From contig NC_058368.1 of assembly GCF_018350175.1 (NCBI RefSeq), positions 111,602,001 to 111,666,000 of the forward strand: DNA of 64,000 nucleotides, in the 5' to 3' direction. Below, piece after piece: positions 23,957 to 35,800 of this stretch. The notes beneath the pieces were generated by a model. That model was not told the DNA's origin. It did no database searches and saw nothing but the letters and a program-made list of their open reading frames with translations. The stretch's first letter is position 1. The number at the start of each line of letters is the position of its first letter. The stretch comes from Felis catus (lineage: Eukaryota). The translations under genes were made by a program, and so were the position numbers.

Positions 23957-24156
23957 CTTTTTTAACAATGTTTATTTATTTTTGAGTGAGAGAGCGCACA
24001 AGCAAGGGAAGGACAGAGAGAGAGGGGGACAGAGGATCCGAAGCAGGCTCCGTGCTGACAGCAGAGAGCCCCGGGCAGGGCTCGAACCCGTGAGCTGCGA
24101 GATCATGACCTGAGCTGAAGTCTGATGCTTAACCGGCGGAGCCACCCAGGTGCCCC
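23957..24156 (-). mobile_element. Can-SINE
   Basis: Tail aatgtttatttatttttgag; head ends gagccacccaggtgcccc; degenerate TSD agccttcctctctt / aggcttcttctctt. Confidence 0.95.
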
Positions 24157-26069
24157 AGGCTTCTTCTCTTGCTTGCAGAGTCTGGGACTGAGAGCTTTGC
24201 TGTGGCTCAGGTCCGGCTTGCTGTCTGGGGAGAGCATGGGGCCAGCTCCGGCCAACCAAAGCTAAAGAGCCTCATTCCAAGGTGGGAGGTAGAGCTGGAG
24301 CAAGACTTAGGTGACTGAATTGAGATCATACCATGTCGTTCTTCCTGGCTGTTTCCAGGGGCCGCTTACCAGGAGGTGGATACCATAGCACGTTCTTGCC
24401 CAGCTCACCGATGGTGCTCTCAAACATGTCAAGAGTTTCCAAGGCATCACACTCTTACATTGCACCCCTGCCACTACGATTATTATCTATTCCTGGCTGA
24501 AAAGCAGACAGCAATATGGCTAGGTCCTGTCTGAGAAGTGGGTGGTTGGAAGCTGGGACATGCTTGGGTATATGTGTGGTGTGAGAGTCGAGTGAGGAAG
24601 AAGCAGAATGTATCTCTAGGCTCAGGCTGGGGCAAGAGACGGGGGCAGCTGGCTGCAGAGGTGTGTGATGGGGAGGAAGGGGTGGCGGCGGTGGTGGTGA
24701 TGTTGCAATGAGATGCCAGTTGTGAGATTAGTTCTTGATTTAAGGCATCGTCAAGGAAACTGCTGGATCTCCCTGTGTATAGTTTGGGGACATTTGGCCA
24801 AAATGGATGGGTTCGTCCACTCTGTAGGTCATCGGGGAGCATTCAGCTTGGGGTCGGGGGCTGTGGGAATAGTTTTGGGGAAAACTTGAGTCCTTGCTGA
24901 GATGGCTGCATGGATAGCAAGGGAACAGGCTTTCGCCAAGCACATTGAGAGAAGATACTTGTTGAGGCTGAAGGATGAAGTAACACACCCAGGGCCATCG
25001 GTGTGTCCGGGGATGGTGAAAACTGTAAAGCTTGGTACAAAGATTATTGCTTCTGAAAGCCCTTTGTCTTCCAACATCAGCATATTGTACCCCTTCTTGA
25101 TGGGGTCGCGTGTTGTCTAGCAGCAGCCTAGCCAGGTGTCTGCTGGGTGTCTGCCACCCAGGGAATGGCCTCAGGGGCCACCTAGTGCAGTTTCTGAGGA
25201 AGAACACAGTAGAGGGGGTAGAAAAAGCAGGAGCATTTGCCAAAGCGTCTAGTTTCTTCTTTCCTTGAAGTGGGCCCCCTGGTGTTGCCGTGTTGGTGCC
25301 CGGGAAGGACACGGGTGGAGCCTCTCGTGGTGTGAAGTGACACCATGTCGCTCTGGGGGCAGTGAGGTCTCCTTGGGTGATGTGACTGGTCTTCAAGGCT
25401 TGACAAACACCTGGATAGAGGACAGGCAGTGGTGTCTCATTTTAGGGGAGCTTTTAGACGAAGAAAAACCATTTGTCTACCTTGAGAACCATCTCCTGTT
25501 GCCATGGAAACAGCCGGATGGCAGGGGGTGTGGTCATGGCAGGAGCTGCAGGGTGGCCCCATAGTCTCTGTCCCTCTGTGCTCTTTGTGGACTCAGCTAA
25601 CCCCCTGCAATGCCCTCATGGGGCAGAAGGCACTGGGTGTGGAGTTGAAGTGCTTTGAGGGCCTGCTGTCCTTCTGAGCTGCTGGTCTAAGCCCCTCTTG
25701 GCTCTGCCTCCTCGCCGCTTTCCCTGCCCTAGGCGGCGCTGGGTCCCCAAGCATCTGGCTGATGTCCGCCTAGCACCAGAGTGAGAGGCTCCCGCCGTGG
25801 CTCCGGACCCTTTTTCTCCTAGCTGGGTCCTCTCCTCCCTCAGGCAGGGTTTTCTGGAGTGATACCCTCCCTCTAGGTTGATGTAAGAATTACGTGAGTT
25901 AATCTCTGTGAGGCATTTAGAAAGTGTTTGGCACATAATTCGTACTGTGTTGGCGTCGGCTCTCGCTGCTGTTGAATATTCTTGTTAAAGAAAAATATCG
26001 AGCCCATAATAGTGAAAGACGTATGCAGACAGCCGACCTGGAAGGTGTTGTTCTTTCTGCACAGACCGT

Positions 26070-26225
26070 CCTGGGATTCATATTTCTGCTCTGCAGCCCA
26101 TCTCTGTGTGTCCTTGGGAAGATACCTTTGCTGTCGAACTCCTCAGTTTATTTATCTGTATCATAGGGAATGCAATACTTGCCTTGCAGACTTGGGAGCT
26201 TTACAATATAAGAGCCACCTGGAGA
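26070..26225 (+). mobile_element. MIR fragment
   Basis: ctgtgtgtccttgggaagatac...cctcagtttatttatctgtatcatagggaatgcaatacttgccttgcaga. Confidence 0.7.
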
Positions 26226-26994
26226 AGCCGCCATGAGCTTCTAAGGGATGGGGGCCCTCTATGGTTGTGTCAGGTGCTAGACAGGCCCAGGGTGGAGAAG
26301 ATGGGGCGGAGAAGACTGAGCAGCCATCTGTTCTGAGAACAGGTTCCTTCCAGTGAGGTGCCGGGCGCATAGGGCTGCTGTCTGAGATGGTCGTCTTGCT
26401 GCAGGGAGATATGTGAGGACTGGCGAAGAGAAGGGTCGTGTTGGGATCTCAGGCTGCCTGGAGTCTCAGATCTCCACTTGGGGGAACAGCACAAGAGGAG
26501 ACTGGGCGAGGGGGTGTTTGAGCCCTAGTCCCCTGCTTAGCCCTCCTTGGCCACGAAGGCCACGACTCGCCCTCCCAGGACCTGGTGACGTGTCATCTGT
26601 GAACTGAAGTTGATCTTCGCAGAGCCTGCCTTCCCATCATGCCCTGGGCTCCACAGCTGACTTTTTGTTCCCAGTGGGAACCAGGCTGGCCCCTGCCTGC
26701 CTTCCTCCAATCGCTGGAGTCACCTGGGCTGTGACGGCCCTCAGGAGGCACCTTCAGGAGGCTGGCACCACGGCCAGCCGGGCTGCTTTTGAGGCCTAAA
26801 GAAGAGGCTTCCCCAGACCTTATGTGGGGAAACCTGACAGTTCTCCTGACACTTGGCCTGAGGGCATGTAGGGTATAGGGTTGGGAGCATTGGAGGGGAC
26901 ACTGGAGGGGAGTGTTAAGAGGCCCCTTTTGAGTGGCCTGGAGCTCCCTCCCAGGGAGAGGAAGTTAAGGTTCTGGTATCTGGCCTTGATACTT

Positions 26995-27214
26995 GTTTAA
27001 AAAAATTTCTTTAATCTTTATTTTTGAGAGGAAGAGAGACAGACAGTGTGAGTGGGGGATGGAACATAGAGAGAGGGAGACACAGAATCCAAAGCAGGTT
27101 CCAGGCTCCAAGCTGTCAGCACAGAGCCTGACTCGGGGCTTGAACTCACGAATCACAGGATCGTGACCTGAGCTGAGGTCAGACGCTTAACCGATTGAGC
27201 CACCCAGGTGCCCC
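26995..27214 (-). mobile_element. Can-SINE
   Basis: Full antisense element with perfect TSD tggccttgatactt on both sides. Confidence 0.96.
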
Positions 27215-27549
27215 ATGGCCTTGATACTTCTGTCGGGTGAGGTCCTCATTTGATTGTGTGGGAAAACAGAGCAGGGGGTGAGGCCATAGCTGTCCGGTCA
27301 TGAGCTCTGGAGCTCTGTGGGGGCCATGGGCTGTTTTTGTGAAATTTCCTTTTTTGCCTTCATATTTTGCTTGGAGGGAGGGTATCCTAGTCTCTAGGTT
27401 CTTTGTCTCTCGTTTTCAATTAATGTGTTTGTAACTTTATTTTATAGCTGTGTGTATCTTCAGGGGACAGAGGGTGGCCATCTGTATGGGGGAAGAGTCA
27501 TAATAATCAAAAGATAGTGTTGCCAATTAGATTACTACTGTTAGGTCCA

Positions 27550-27670
27550 CATTTAATGTGCGCCTCTCTTTGCTTTTACATGTGCTGCCTATGAGCCCCA
27601 GGAGGTAGGTGTTAGCTCCATTTTACAGATGAGGAAACTGAGTTTTAGAAATCGTAACTGACCACTCTGG
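27550..27670 (-). mobile_element. MIR fragment
   Basis: gaggtaggtgttagctccattttacagatgaggaaactgag is the antisense MIR core. Confidence 0.8.
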
Positions 27671-27780
27671 AATTAAAATAAATAAAATAACTCCTCACTG
27701 ACTGTTGTAATTACTAGTTGTTAATATTATTTAAAGGAACATGATACACAGCGTAGTAAATACACTCAAACTCAGGACTT

Positions 27781-28416
27781 AAAAAAATTCAAGTATAATT
27801 ACTGTACAGTGTTGTATTAGTTTCAGGTGTACAATATCATGATCCAATAATTCTATACATTATTCAGTGCTCATCTCGATGTGTTCTCTTAATCCCCTTT
27901 ATCTAGTTCACCCATCCTCCCTGCCCCTCCCATCTGACAACCACCAGGTAACTGTATTTAAGAGTCAGTGGTTTTTTTTTTTTTTTTGGTCACTTTTTTC
28001 TCTGTTCATTTGTTTTGTTCGTTAAATTCCACATATGAGTGAAATCATATGATATTTGTCTTGGGCTTACTTCTCTTAGCAATACACTCTCTAGATTGAC
28101 CCATGTTGTTAGAAATGGCAACAGCTCATTTTTTTTTTTCAAAAAATGTTTTAACGTTTATTTATTACTGAGAGACACAGAGCATGAGCAGGGGAGGGGT
28201 AGAGAGAGGGAAGACACCGAATCTGAAGCAGGCTCCAGGCTCTGAGCTGTCAGCACAGAGCCTGACGTGGGGCTCGAACTCACGAACCGTGAGATCATGA
28301 CCTGAGCCGAAGTCAGTCGCCTAACCAACTGAGCCACCCAGGTGCCCCAGATCTCATTCTTTTTTTTTTTTTTTTTATGACTGAGTAATGTTCCACTGTG
28401 TATACATACCACCTCT
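27781..28416 (-). mobile_element. Carnivore L1 3' fragment interrupted by a SINE
   Basis: gtattagtttcaggtgtacaa, attccacatatgagtgaaatcatatgatatttgtc and tatgactgagtaatgttccactgtgtatacataccac are antisense L1 3' region. Confidence 0.88.
28128..28348 (-). mobile_element. Can-SINE nested in L1
   Basis: Full antisense SINE; flanks acagctcatt / agatctcatt. Confidence 0.96.
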
Positions 28417-31400
28417 TAAATGTCTTTTACTCAGGAGTTTCTGATTCTGAAGTCCATACTCTTAATCTCTTTTAACAGCTTTTATATTCTCTCGATCTTG
28501 GTCCTATCATGTTAAAACAAAGACAAGGGTGGGGGTATGCTTTCATCCTCCTGCATCTGATTGCTCTCAGAGCAAGGATTGTGTGTTGGGATGATTCCGG
28601 TGCTTAGCCCTTCCTCTCCAGTTTGTGGCCACAAACCCTTTGCCATCCTCAGGGACCATACTGAGTGTGGTTGGCTGATCAGGGCTCCACTGAAGAATTT
28701 GTGTCCAGTATTGGTGGTTCTAGGAAGTTTTCCCTCCATTGGTAGGACCCCCAGGGATGATGAAGTCCTATCTAGAGCCTGGCCTGGGTCTGTGATACCT
28801 CTAGAAGGGCTGCTCTGGTGGCAGGGGCACACAGGACCCTCTCCCTGGCGAGCAGATGCGTGGCCTGCCTCTGACTCCGGTGGCACCTTCCTGAGAGACC
28901 CCAGACATCCTCTGGGGGCAGATGGGTGATCTTTGTCCTTTTGAGGCCAACTCTGAAACCTGTGCTGTCATCAAGTCAGAGAGAATGTGATGGATGTGAT
29001 ACGTGGGATTTGTAAGATCTGATTCTCCTTCCTGTTTAGCCCCAGACCTTCTGTGTGAGGCTGCATGGGCTGTTGTCCATGTCTTGGCCACTGCCCCTTC
29101 CTCTGTAAAGTGGGGATGGCCATCCCTGTCCAGCCTCTGAAACGGGGTTGCTTTGAGGACCGCTGAGATGAGTTAGTGAAGGGCTTGTGGGTTCTAAATC
29201 TAAGTCAGTGTCTGCCTGTACCCACCCTCTGGCAAATCCTTGATTTTCACTGGGTTAGAGGTCGCATGTCTGCAGCCCCTCATATGTCCTCCCATTGGGT
29301 TATCGTCACACTGTAGCAAGACTGCTAGTCGGTGAGGTTATGTCTCCCCCATTCTGATTGCTCTTGAGGGCAGGGACTGTGCCTTGACCACCACAGAGTG
29401 GTGTGATGACACAGAGTTGACATTCATTAAATATTGTTGAATCAATAGATGATTGAATGCATCTGTTTCCAGCCCTGGAAATTGGCTGGATGTGCTTGGG
29501 TGTCTCTTCTGGTCTCCAAATCGGCAAAGGACTTTGTCAGAGAAAGATTAGGAATGTGAGGGATCACATGGGATATTTCCTTAATATTCTCTGAGTTGTC
29601 TATGGCTAGATCAGGTTTGGCTTGATCCAGTACCCAAACTGTCTCTATGACAAGGCTTATTTCTCCCCATTCCTTGATTCCTTTAAGCAAAGTTCTATTC
29701 TCAAGCTCACATGGTTTAAAAGGTGGCTGCAGCAGGTCTCTCCCCACATCCTCCTTTATTTGGTCCCGAGGAATAGATGGAGAATTCCCAACTTTCCTAA
29801 TGGAGATCCTGGGGCTCTCTCTGATTGGACAGCTTTGGTCACGTACCCTCCCCTGAACCAATTACTTGGCCAGGGGAAGGCCCTGGCTTAGATTTGGGAT
29901 GTGTCCTCCACCCCATATGGAATGAGAGTGTGGGAAGGATGGATCCTCCAATAAAATTAAGTCCCCTGCTGGAATGAGGGGAGATGGATATGATGGAAAT
30001 ACAAGGTATTTTCACCATAGAGAACAAGTTATATTAAAAAAAAAAATCTGTGCATCAATTCTGGGCCCCTTCAAGATCAGAAGGTGTTTTCCTCTTCAGT
30101 TATCAGCTCCAGCCCCTGAAGTACTGTGTTTACCTATCCAGTTAGGGCCACATTGCCCTGCTGGTGCCGGCTCCCTAGCTTACCTAGGGACTGGCTGTTG
30201 GTGCTGGGCTCTTAGGTGCTTTCTGGCTGAAACATCTCTCCATCTGCCTGTCGTACTCACGGGATGTCAGCTGTGTGGGTCCCTAGATGTCTTGTGTTCC
30301 AAATGCCCAGGCAAGACAACTAAAGCCAGAAAGGCAAAGGCTTTTCCCTGATGGCACAGCTAGTCAATGCCAAAGCCAGGATTGGAACCAGGCCTCCTGG
30401 CCCTGTCCGAGCTCTCTTCCTTATACCCCCCTCCCCCACTTCTCTCACTATGATTTCTCCTTTGCAAAAAGATTTTAGAGCCGTGGACAAAGGCAGGAGA
30501 GACTCATTGCAGGAGGCTAGAGGTCTCATTATGGGAGGTCAAGCACCAGAATGACGCCCTGTAGGTGGGCCCAGGCTCCAGACGCAATCCTGAGCCTTCC
30601 TGCCCTCGGGTGCCCAGCTCAGAGTGTGGGGTAGGTTTCCATCTCCAGAAAGTCAGCAGTTATGTGGGCCAGCCTTTACATTTCTCTGAGCTCAGTGATT
30701 AGGGTCTCTAAGACTAACCATTATCCGTGTGTCTTGGGAATGAATGTTTTTCACACATGGAGCCTTTGCAGAAAGATTTAGCCTGGGGATGAAGCGGACG
30801 GGCTCTACATTGAGGGCAGATACCAATCATTTTTACAATTGTTTGCAACAGGAGAGGAAGCATGAGCTTAACAGTTCTGTTGTGGATAGATTTGGGGGAG
30901 AAACAGGAATGAACTGTCAACAGGATGGCTTCTGCTTTTATCCTGGGATCTGCTGCCGTTCCCTGCAATCCGGCTGCCCTGTGCAGAGCCCCGGGATTTA
31001 CAGACATTCTTGCAGGTGCGGGCCTCATTGTGCGGAGCTGTCCCAGGGGCTGGGCCGGCATGTGTGGAGGGGAATCTGTCAGGTGTGTTAGGGCAGGGAG
31101 CACCCTCCTTAGGGGGAGTCTGGAGCAGGCCCCACATTTCTCTTACTTGGGGGAGGAGCCCAAGCCAGGAACCCAGACCTGAATGAGCACCCAGTGGCCT
31201 CCTGAGCTGGACTAAGCCCCGCTTATGTTTTCAAAAGCACTAGACAGCAGTAACCACGAGGAACAGTCTTTTCAGCAAGGGAGAGAAAAAAAAAAAAAAA
31301 ACAAAAAAACCTCCTGCTCAGAAATCCATTTGTGGGAAGTTTGAAGTTTGAAGCCCTCCAGCTGCAGACTGGCGGCCTGGGTGGTCGAATGGGTGGGACG

Positions 31401-31479
31401 GGTGTCCTCGGAGTGGAAGGAGAGCAGAGCCTGGGGCAGCTGGGGAGCAAGGCAGGAGGGCAGCAGTTTGCTTGAGCCA

Positions 31480-31685
31480 CAGCAGTGGATTTGCCATGCG
31501 GCAGACCTGGATTCAGGTTTTGCCTCTTATTTTGAGCCAGCTGCAAGATCTTGGCAAGTTACTTAGTGACTCTGAACCTCAGTTTACTTACCTGTAAAAT
31601 GGGGACAATGCCTTCTTGGTTATTAAGAGAATTAAATGATAGGATATACGTAAGCCTCTTGGCACAGTGCTTGGTACAATCTCTG
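31480..31685 (+). mobile_element. MIR SINE
   Basis: cagacctggattcagg...cttggcaagttactta...ctctgaacctcagtttacttacctgtaaaatggggacaat...gaattaaatga. Confidence 0.85.
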
Positions 31686-33639
31686 GTGGTGGTGGTTGCT
31701 ATTAAAAACAGGGTTGGCGCCAAGGATGACCGTGTCCCAGTCTCCATCAACACCTCCCAAAGATACTTGAAATAAACGTATAATCCACGCACAAACAGTG
31801 TGTTTCTAGACAGGTTGCTAGCCTTCTAAGCAGCTGGCCGCCTTTATGCCCCTGTGTTGTAGACATTCTAGAGCCATCACGGATTAATATTGATACAGGA
31901 AATACTTCCACATGATTTGTCACTTTCCAAATAAGAGGCAGTTATGGGTGGGAAAGGACTCTGGACCTAATTTGCATGATTCCTGGTTCAGGGAAGATGC
32001 AGGTAGGAGCTGGTCACACACACACCTGGGCTGCTAAAACGTGGGACAGGTGGAAAGATCGGGAGAGAGAAACAGAAATTGGGGTCCAGGATGGTTTCCC
32101 ATACTGCACCCTCATAATAATCAGAGAAGGAAGCCAGGGGAAAGGAAGTCCTCTGTGGTCAGCCTCTGGGGTCTGCCAGCAGCTCCTGGGCAGACAGTTT
32201 TACTCCATCTTAGACAAAAGGGATGCCATTTATCCCAGATCTCACAGCTGGGAAGGAGCAGAGCTGAGACTCAAACCCAGGCTTGTGCCTCACTTCCCCA
32301 AGTAAGTTTCTTCAGAAGCTTGTACTTCTCCATTTCTAGGAGAGCAAGGTGACCTGGATGGTGCCACATCATGACATTGGGGCATTGAGAAGCCCGGAGA
32401 CAGCTGGCAGGGGTGGTTTGATAGTCTTAGAAAGTCACCAAGATAAAGAAAAGTGCCTGGGGACTTTGGGGTTCCATGTGTTCTGGGCATCAAAGGACCC
32501 TGTGAGCCCTTTCATGCCTGTTGCCTCCTGCAGGAGAGCAGGGACCTGGAACTGAGTTTCTGCAGGAAATCCTCTCCAGGCAACACCCTGCCCCACCTGG
32601 TGGCTGGTGACATTGCTGAGTGGGTAGTCTTCTATGGTGGAGGGGTGTGCCGGTGCCCGTGCTGGCAGAGGCCAGGGGGTGTGGGGTTGGCCCACTGGGA
32701 AGGTGGCAGACTCCTTCTCGCTCAGCATCTGGGTTCTTCGCTTCCCCGTTGGGGAAATGTTCCACTGTTACCTTTGTCTTGCCTTTGCGGGCATCCTCAT
32801 GGCCCTTATTGTGTTTGCAATTTAGTTTTTAATCATCTTCTGATTTGGTTAACTGCATTTCTGGCATCAGAATGTAAGCGCCATAAGGCGGGGACCTGTG
32901 TTGAGTTTGTTCAGTATCAGTTCCTGAAAATCCGGCATCATACTTGGTATTCATTCTTTCATTGACGTGATACACATTTACTGAGCAACTTTTGCTCTCA
33001 TTTGATGCTAGGACGGGGGTGCAGCAATGAGTCCTCCAGGCGAGTCCCCCTCTCCTGGAGCTTACAGTCTAGCGGTGTGCACTGGGAGCTCCACAGGTGG
33101 CAGGACCAGTGACCCAGTGAACGGGGTCCGGTTCACAGCCCTGTTAGGTCCTCTGGCTGGTGGGCGGTAGGGCTCCAGCTCTTCCCTCCTGAAAGTGGAC
33201 CAGACCGGAGCTCTGCTCTCCTCTGATGAAAGAAAGGGGCTGGCGGGAAGCCTGGGGCTCACCCGCCCAACCTGTTGGGGTTTCAGATTTGTTCCATGTG
33301 AGCAGTCAATTAATTAGTAATTGGAGCTACCCATCGTCCTGGGCTCTTGTGCGAGCTGTGATATAATTTGAAACTGGGCCAAGAAGCAATTAATGTGCTG
33401 TTTGCTGACAAGGATTTGCTGCTGCTCCGGGAGCAGGGGCTTGGGCCGGGAAGGCCAGTGCAGGCGAGAGGAGAAGGGAGGGCAAACATAGGTGTGGACG
33501 GAGGTGCTGCTACTGGGCTTGGTCTGGAAGGCCGGGTGGGAGTGGCCCTGCTCTCCTCGGACCCTGTATTGCCCCTCCCTGCTCAGGCTCGTGTGCTGCA
33601 AGGATGGGGTTGGGACAGGTTTCTGGAAATTCTGATGGC

Positions 33640-33830
33640 AGGCACCAGTTACTGAGCTCTTGGCATGTGCTGAGTGCCCTGGGTAGGAGTCCCTTCATCC
33701 CTCATGGCACCCCTAAAGGGGGAGGGTCATGAGCCCATTTGAGAGGCAAGGGGACTGAGGTACCAGAAACAAAAGAGTTGGCCCCGCGTGACCCAGGCAG
33801 TGAGTGGCCGGGTAGCATCTGGGCGCCTGG
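33640..33830 (-). mobile_element. MIR SINE (degraded)
   Basis: ttactgagctcttggcatgtgctgagtgccctg...gactgaggtaccaga...ttggccccgcgtgacccagg. Confidence 0.55.
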
Positions 33831-34745
33831 AAGAGCCTGTCTGTTCAGGCAGGTACCCCGCGGGGACAGGAAGGGTCAGTCCCGGGGCCTACTGCCAGGT
33901 CACCGTGACTTGCTGGGGATGCAGGACTTGATAAATGATGGCATTTCGTAATCAGCGTCTGCCTCTGAGGGGTGGTGAGGTGGAATCTGGTAGAGTGGGC
34001 TGGTCCGGCCCAGCCCACGTGATGAAGCACTGGCCTGAGACAGAGTGAGGGGCCAGTCTGGAGTGCTGCTGAGGATCAGCGAGCACTTCCCCATCCTAGG
34101 TATTCGTGCTGCTCCAGGGCCTGGGGGGATTATCTCTGCAGAAGCCACTGTAGATGGAGGTGGCCTGATTTGAGGGAGGCCTGGGGCTGGGGGCTCTCTC
34201 TCAGTGGCTGGGGCACCCAGTGCTCTGCCCTCTCACCCTTCTCAACAGCTTTGGGGCTGGCCTGTGTGAGTTCTGTCTGCCCTGCTGTTGACTCATTCTG
34301 GGTGGAATTATGTACAGAAATTAGTCAACAGAAGCCATTCCCAGGACCAGAGGCAGCTCTCTGCAGGCACTGTGCAGGTACCCTGCCTACCCTGGTGGTC
34401 TTTGCAGGACACAGAGCATTGGCCATCATGGGTACGCTTTTGGGGATCGTGGGGTGCTCACTGCAGAGCAGTGTGGTTGCGGGCTGGTGGCCTGGCCCAG
34501 CCGCCTCCCCCATATACCCTGGGTGTGAGAGCGAGGCCTGGTCTCTGCTAGCTTGCCAGGGATAAATGGAGACCTCGGACCTGAAAGTGCTGGTGCCATC
34601 CCAGCCAGCCCCTTGCTGAGCACGCCATGTGCCAGGCACAGTATTGGGCACTGAGGATTCAGGGAAGACCTTTCTGAGTGTTTTCTTGAGGTAGGGGCTG
34701 GAAGAGCCTAACAGATGCGTGTCCCATGGGAGAGTTCTTTGATTA

Positions 34746-34954
34746 TTTTTTTCTTTAAGGTTTATTTATTTTGAGAGAGAGAGAGAGAGTAAGAGCAGGA
34801 GAGGAGCAGAGAGAGGGGGGCAGAGAATCTCAAGCAGGCTCTGCACCAGCAGCGCTGAGCCCGATGTGGGGCTCAGACTTATGAACTGCAAGATCGTGAC
34901 CTGAGCCGAACCCAGGGGTCCGACGCTTAACCAGCTGAGCCACCCAGGCGCCCC
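34746..34954 (-). mobile_element. Can-SINE
   Basis: Tail tttatttattttgagagaga; head ends gagccacccaggcgcccc. Confidence 0.95.
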
Positions 34955-35179
34955 TTTGTTGGTTTCCTTAAGGTAGTATGGCCACACGGTGACCCTCTGG
35001 TTGGTTAGTTGGTACTTAAGGTGAAAGCAGCATCCCTCTGCCTGCTTCCAGCCTGCTTTCCAGGTGCCTGCTTGGTGCCCTCCCAGAGGTGTGCTCAGTC
35101 CAGCAGGCAGGGATGTGCATGGCTGTGACCCCTCCATCCTTCTTCTTTTCCGTGGACAGTAGCATTCTCTACATGTCGA

Positions 35180-35800
35180 GCTCCTCCATTGCCTTTTTTC
35201 CTTTTCATGCTTGGTGTATCTTGGCCCTCCTTCTGTATCAGCTCATGCAGAGTGGACTCCTTTTTAACGGCTGCCTATTATTCTGTTAGAAAGCCGGGCC
35301 ATACGTATTTTTATGTTTTGACTCGCACCCCACTGATGGGCTTCGCACTTGCTTGCTTTCTTGGCTCTAATAAGCCACGCCACTGCAGTGGGTGTCTCAG
35401 TGAACGCGCACACCTGTAGGAACAATTCCTGCAAATGGAAATGCTGGTTGAAGCGTGTATGTGTTGTTGACTTCTGTTGATTCTGCCATGTTGCCCCGTG
35501 AGGAGGCTGTGCCAGTTTCCTCTCTGAGCAATAGTGTGTAAAAGGTGTACTTGGCCCTAGCTCCACCCATTCAGAGTGTTGTCGAACGTGCTGACCTTTG
35601 CCGGTCTGACTGGTGAGAAGTGGTATCTTCCTGCACTTTTGGGTTGGTGTGGTTGTATGTGGGTGAGCTCTTGTCCATATGTGAAAAGCCAGGTGTGGCT
35701 CTCGAGGCAGGTCGAAGCAGAGTGCTCTCTGAGTGATGCTGTGACCTTCCCTCTGCAGGTGGGTTTACTCCCTCTAACAGCCTGTATCGAGTGCTCATTC
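35180..35800 (-). mobile_element. Old L1 (L1ME-like) fragment
   Basis: ctttttaacggctgcctattattc, aattcctgcaaatggaaatgctgg and tttgccggtctgactggtgagaagtggtatct are antisense L1 ORF2-end/3' UTR phrases. Confidence 0.7.

Noticed and set aside
24740..25396. 218-aa minus-strand ORF and overlapping shorter ORFs
   Set aside because: No recognisable protein family and no consistent exon boundaries.
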